A DNA stretch of 64,000 nucleotides. Source: an uncultured Actinomycetota bacterium. GTDB taxonomy: Bacteria; Actinomycetota; Actinomycetes; Streptosporangiales; Streptosporangiaceae. A model generated the notes under the pieces. That model saw only the letters and a list, made by a program, of their open reading frames with translations, had not been told where the DNA came from and did not search any database. Below, piece after piece: positions 62,537 to 64,000 of this stretch (position 1 is its first letter; each line of letters opens with the position of its first letter). The stretch lies in the NCBI GenBank assembly GCA_963778075.1, contig CAVZTJ010000007.1, forward strand, positions 4,134 through 68,133. Reading direction: 5' to 3'. A program made the position numbers and the translations under genes.

Positions 62537-63272
62537 GCTGGGGGCTGACGTCCACGCAGTAACCTGAGGGGCGCGAAAGCGGATTACCTCAAGTAATTGG
62601 CAAACGGCTGCCTGACATTAACGCACGCACCTAACGCCGAATATTCGCGTTGGTACTGTTGGTCTCCGTCGGCGCTCGGAACACACAGATCAGCCACTTC
62701 TGTATGGCTTGGCCTCACTGTTCGGTTGCGGCCCAGCTGCCCGGTTCGTAACTCAAGCGGCCTGACCGTGATCCCGGCGAGCCTCGATCTGCAACCGCTT
62801 GGAAGCGAGGGCAGCGCTTTAACCCCGGATGGGCTCGAATCCGACTCGCATTAGCAGTCCCTTCGCTGCCGCGAAACCCACTGTAAGCCGACCGGGCCTG
62901 ACACAATCTGCGCAGGTCAACTGGGTTGCGCGATGTAAGGCGCCGGAACCTGTGACAGCCCGGCGCAAGCTGTGCTGTGTCGGCGCTGTGCCACCGCACC
63001 GACCCGCGATTAGGACAGAAACAGACATTCACGGAATACGCCGGAGCGCTGCCGGCCTGGGGGTTGTGTCCAGCACCGGATCACAGTGTCATCGGCGTCG
63101 GTCCCGAATGCGCTCCCATCCATTCGGTTAATGTGATACGTCCCGAATGTGCCGTTCGTGGGTATAGCGCAGGTGATCGTCAGACCTGATGAATCAGGTC
63201 CTATGGTGCAATACTCGGCGTAGGCACTCCAGGGCCGGGGCTAGCCGCGCTCAGAACGCGTGGCGGGGAGGG

Positions 63273-64000
63273 GTGGATCTGGTGAACGAGGACCTCCCGC
63301 GCAATCTCGGCTCCACTCGCGCGAAGCAGTTGCTCGGTGAGTGCGCTGCTTTGCTGCCTGCCGACGACAGCTTGGCTGTTACGTTACGCGCGGCCGCCCG
63401 CAGGCTTGACGAACCCATGAGGCTCGCGGTTGTCGGGCAGATCAAGCGAGGAAAGTCCACACTCGTCAATGCCCTGATCTGCGAAGATATTGTCGCCACT
63501 GGGCGCCCGGAGCTGACTTTCAACGTCAATGAGCTGCACTTCGCCGAAGCGGAAAGGATTGTCGTCCACTTCCGGGATGGGTCGCCGCCGCGCAAAGTTA
63601 CCCGGGACGAGATGGGTTACTGGACAAACTACGACCCGTCTCATCTGCCTGATCTGCGGCGAGTGCTGAAGGTTAGCTTTGGCCTGCCGAACGACCTGCT
63701 AAGCAGCCTCGTACTCATAGACACCCCGGGACTCGGCAGCGTCCATGTGGCCGATTCGTCCGCCACCCTGGTCACGCTGGGGAGCGATGCCGACGCTGTG
63801 GACCCCGGATTGCGGGAGGCCTTAAACTCACTCGGCCGGGAGCCGGCCACCGTGCATCGGGAGAGCTTCGCCGAACTCGATCAAGCCGACGCCGTGCTGT
63901 ATCTGTTCAGCCGCGGGATCGGTGAGGAGGACCGGAAGATCCTGGCCGAGATGGCTGGGAACCACCCCGATGCACTGACTCCGCTCAAGGCATTCGGCGT
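63273..64000 (+). CDS. dynamin-family GTPase (bacterial dynamin-like protein), 3' end outside window
   Basis: Not in the ORF track because there is no stop inside the window. SD ggggagggg precedes GTG 63273 (or 63282). The frame is open to 64000. G1 VVGQIKRGKSTLVNAL and G3 VLIDTPGLGS. Many A/T-ending codons (tta, ata, aaa, gtt). Confidence 0.8.
   Translation, partial: MDLVNEDLPRNLGSTRAKQLLGECAALLPADDSLAVTLRAAARRLDEPMRLAVVGQIKRGKSTLVNALICEDIVATGRPELTFNVNELHFAEAERIVVHFRDGSPPRKVTRDEMGYWTNYDPSHLPDLRRVLKVSFGLPNDLLSSLVLIDTPGLGSVHVADSSATLVTLGSDADAVDPGLREALNSLGREPATVHRESFAELDQADAVLYLFSRGIGEEDRKILAEMAGNHPDALTPLKAFG

Noticed and set aside
62820-62855. tRNA or tmRNA gene suggested by ggctcgaatcc
   Set aside because: I could not fold a 5-bp T stem with a 7-nt loop, an acceptor stem or an anticodon arm on either strand. 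The best local stem, cggat/atccg, has an 8-nt loop. At most it is a degenerate tRNA 3'-end remnant.
1-64000. Insertion sequences, integrases, prophage or conjugative genes that could explain the many truncations
   Set aside because: No transposase, recombinase, terminal inverted repeats or phage structural genes were recognisable in any frame. The rearrangements appear to be deletions and duplications, or the responsible elements lie outside the window.

Overview
High-GC actinomycete-type chromosomal DNA (dense GC3-rich genes, DUF397/DUF5753, DUF1707, SARP/TPR-type remnants). The backbone is an aerobic (CobG/CobF/CobN) cobalamin biosynthesis cluster in three blocks: cobL-cobM-cobF (29.9-32.8 kb), cobK plus the divergent cobG-cobH-cobIJ operon (45.7-49.9 kb), and riboswitch-cobN-chlID-cobO-cobB (52.6-60.8 kb). 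These blocks are separated by unrelated inserts. The left 29 kb carries transporters, regulators and small-molecule enzymes. It includes a DesK/NarL-type two-component system beside an ABC exporter whose permease has a lectin-like ectodomain. No rRNA, tRNA, CRISPR array, transposase or integrase could be supported. Best candidates for something new: (1) 15.4-17.8 kb, a compositionally foreign gene for a nicotinamidase-like domain lacking the catalytic Cys, fused to a 2-TM hairpin and an ALNAKD repeat tail. It is divergent from an orphan LuxR regulator with a dead receiver and flanked by deletion scars. (2) A 15-nt minisatellite inside cobB that breaks the frame. (3) A duplicated 99-nt gene-end cassette that creates a translationally coupled one-helix micro-ORF in the ABC operon. 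(4) A lower-GC frl-like (fructosamine) island without ABC ATPases inside the cob cluster. (5) A 0.74-kb ORF-free, hairpin-rich spacer upstream of a dynamin-like GTPase that runs off the window. At least nine genes are truncated or frameshifted, several at G/C runs or repeats, so assembly indels must be excluded before reading biology into them. All calls come from reading the translations and DNA by eye. No searches or numerical statistics were run.
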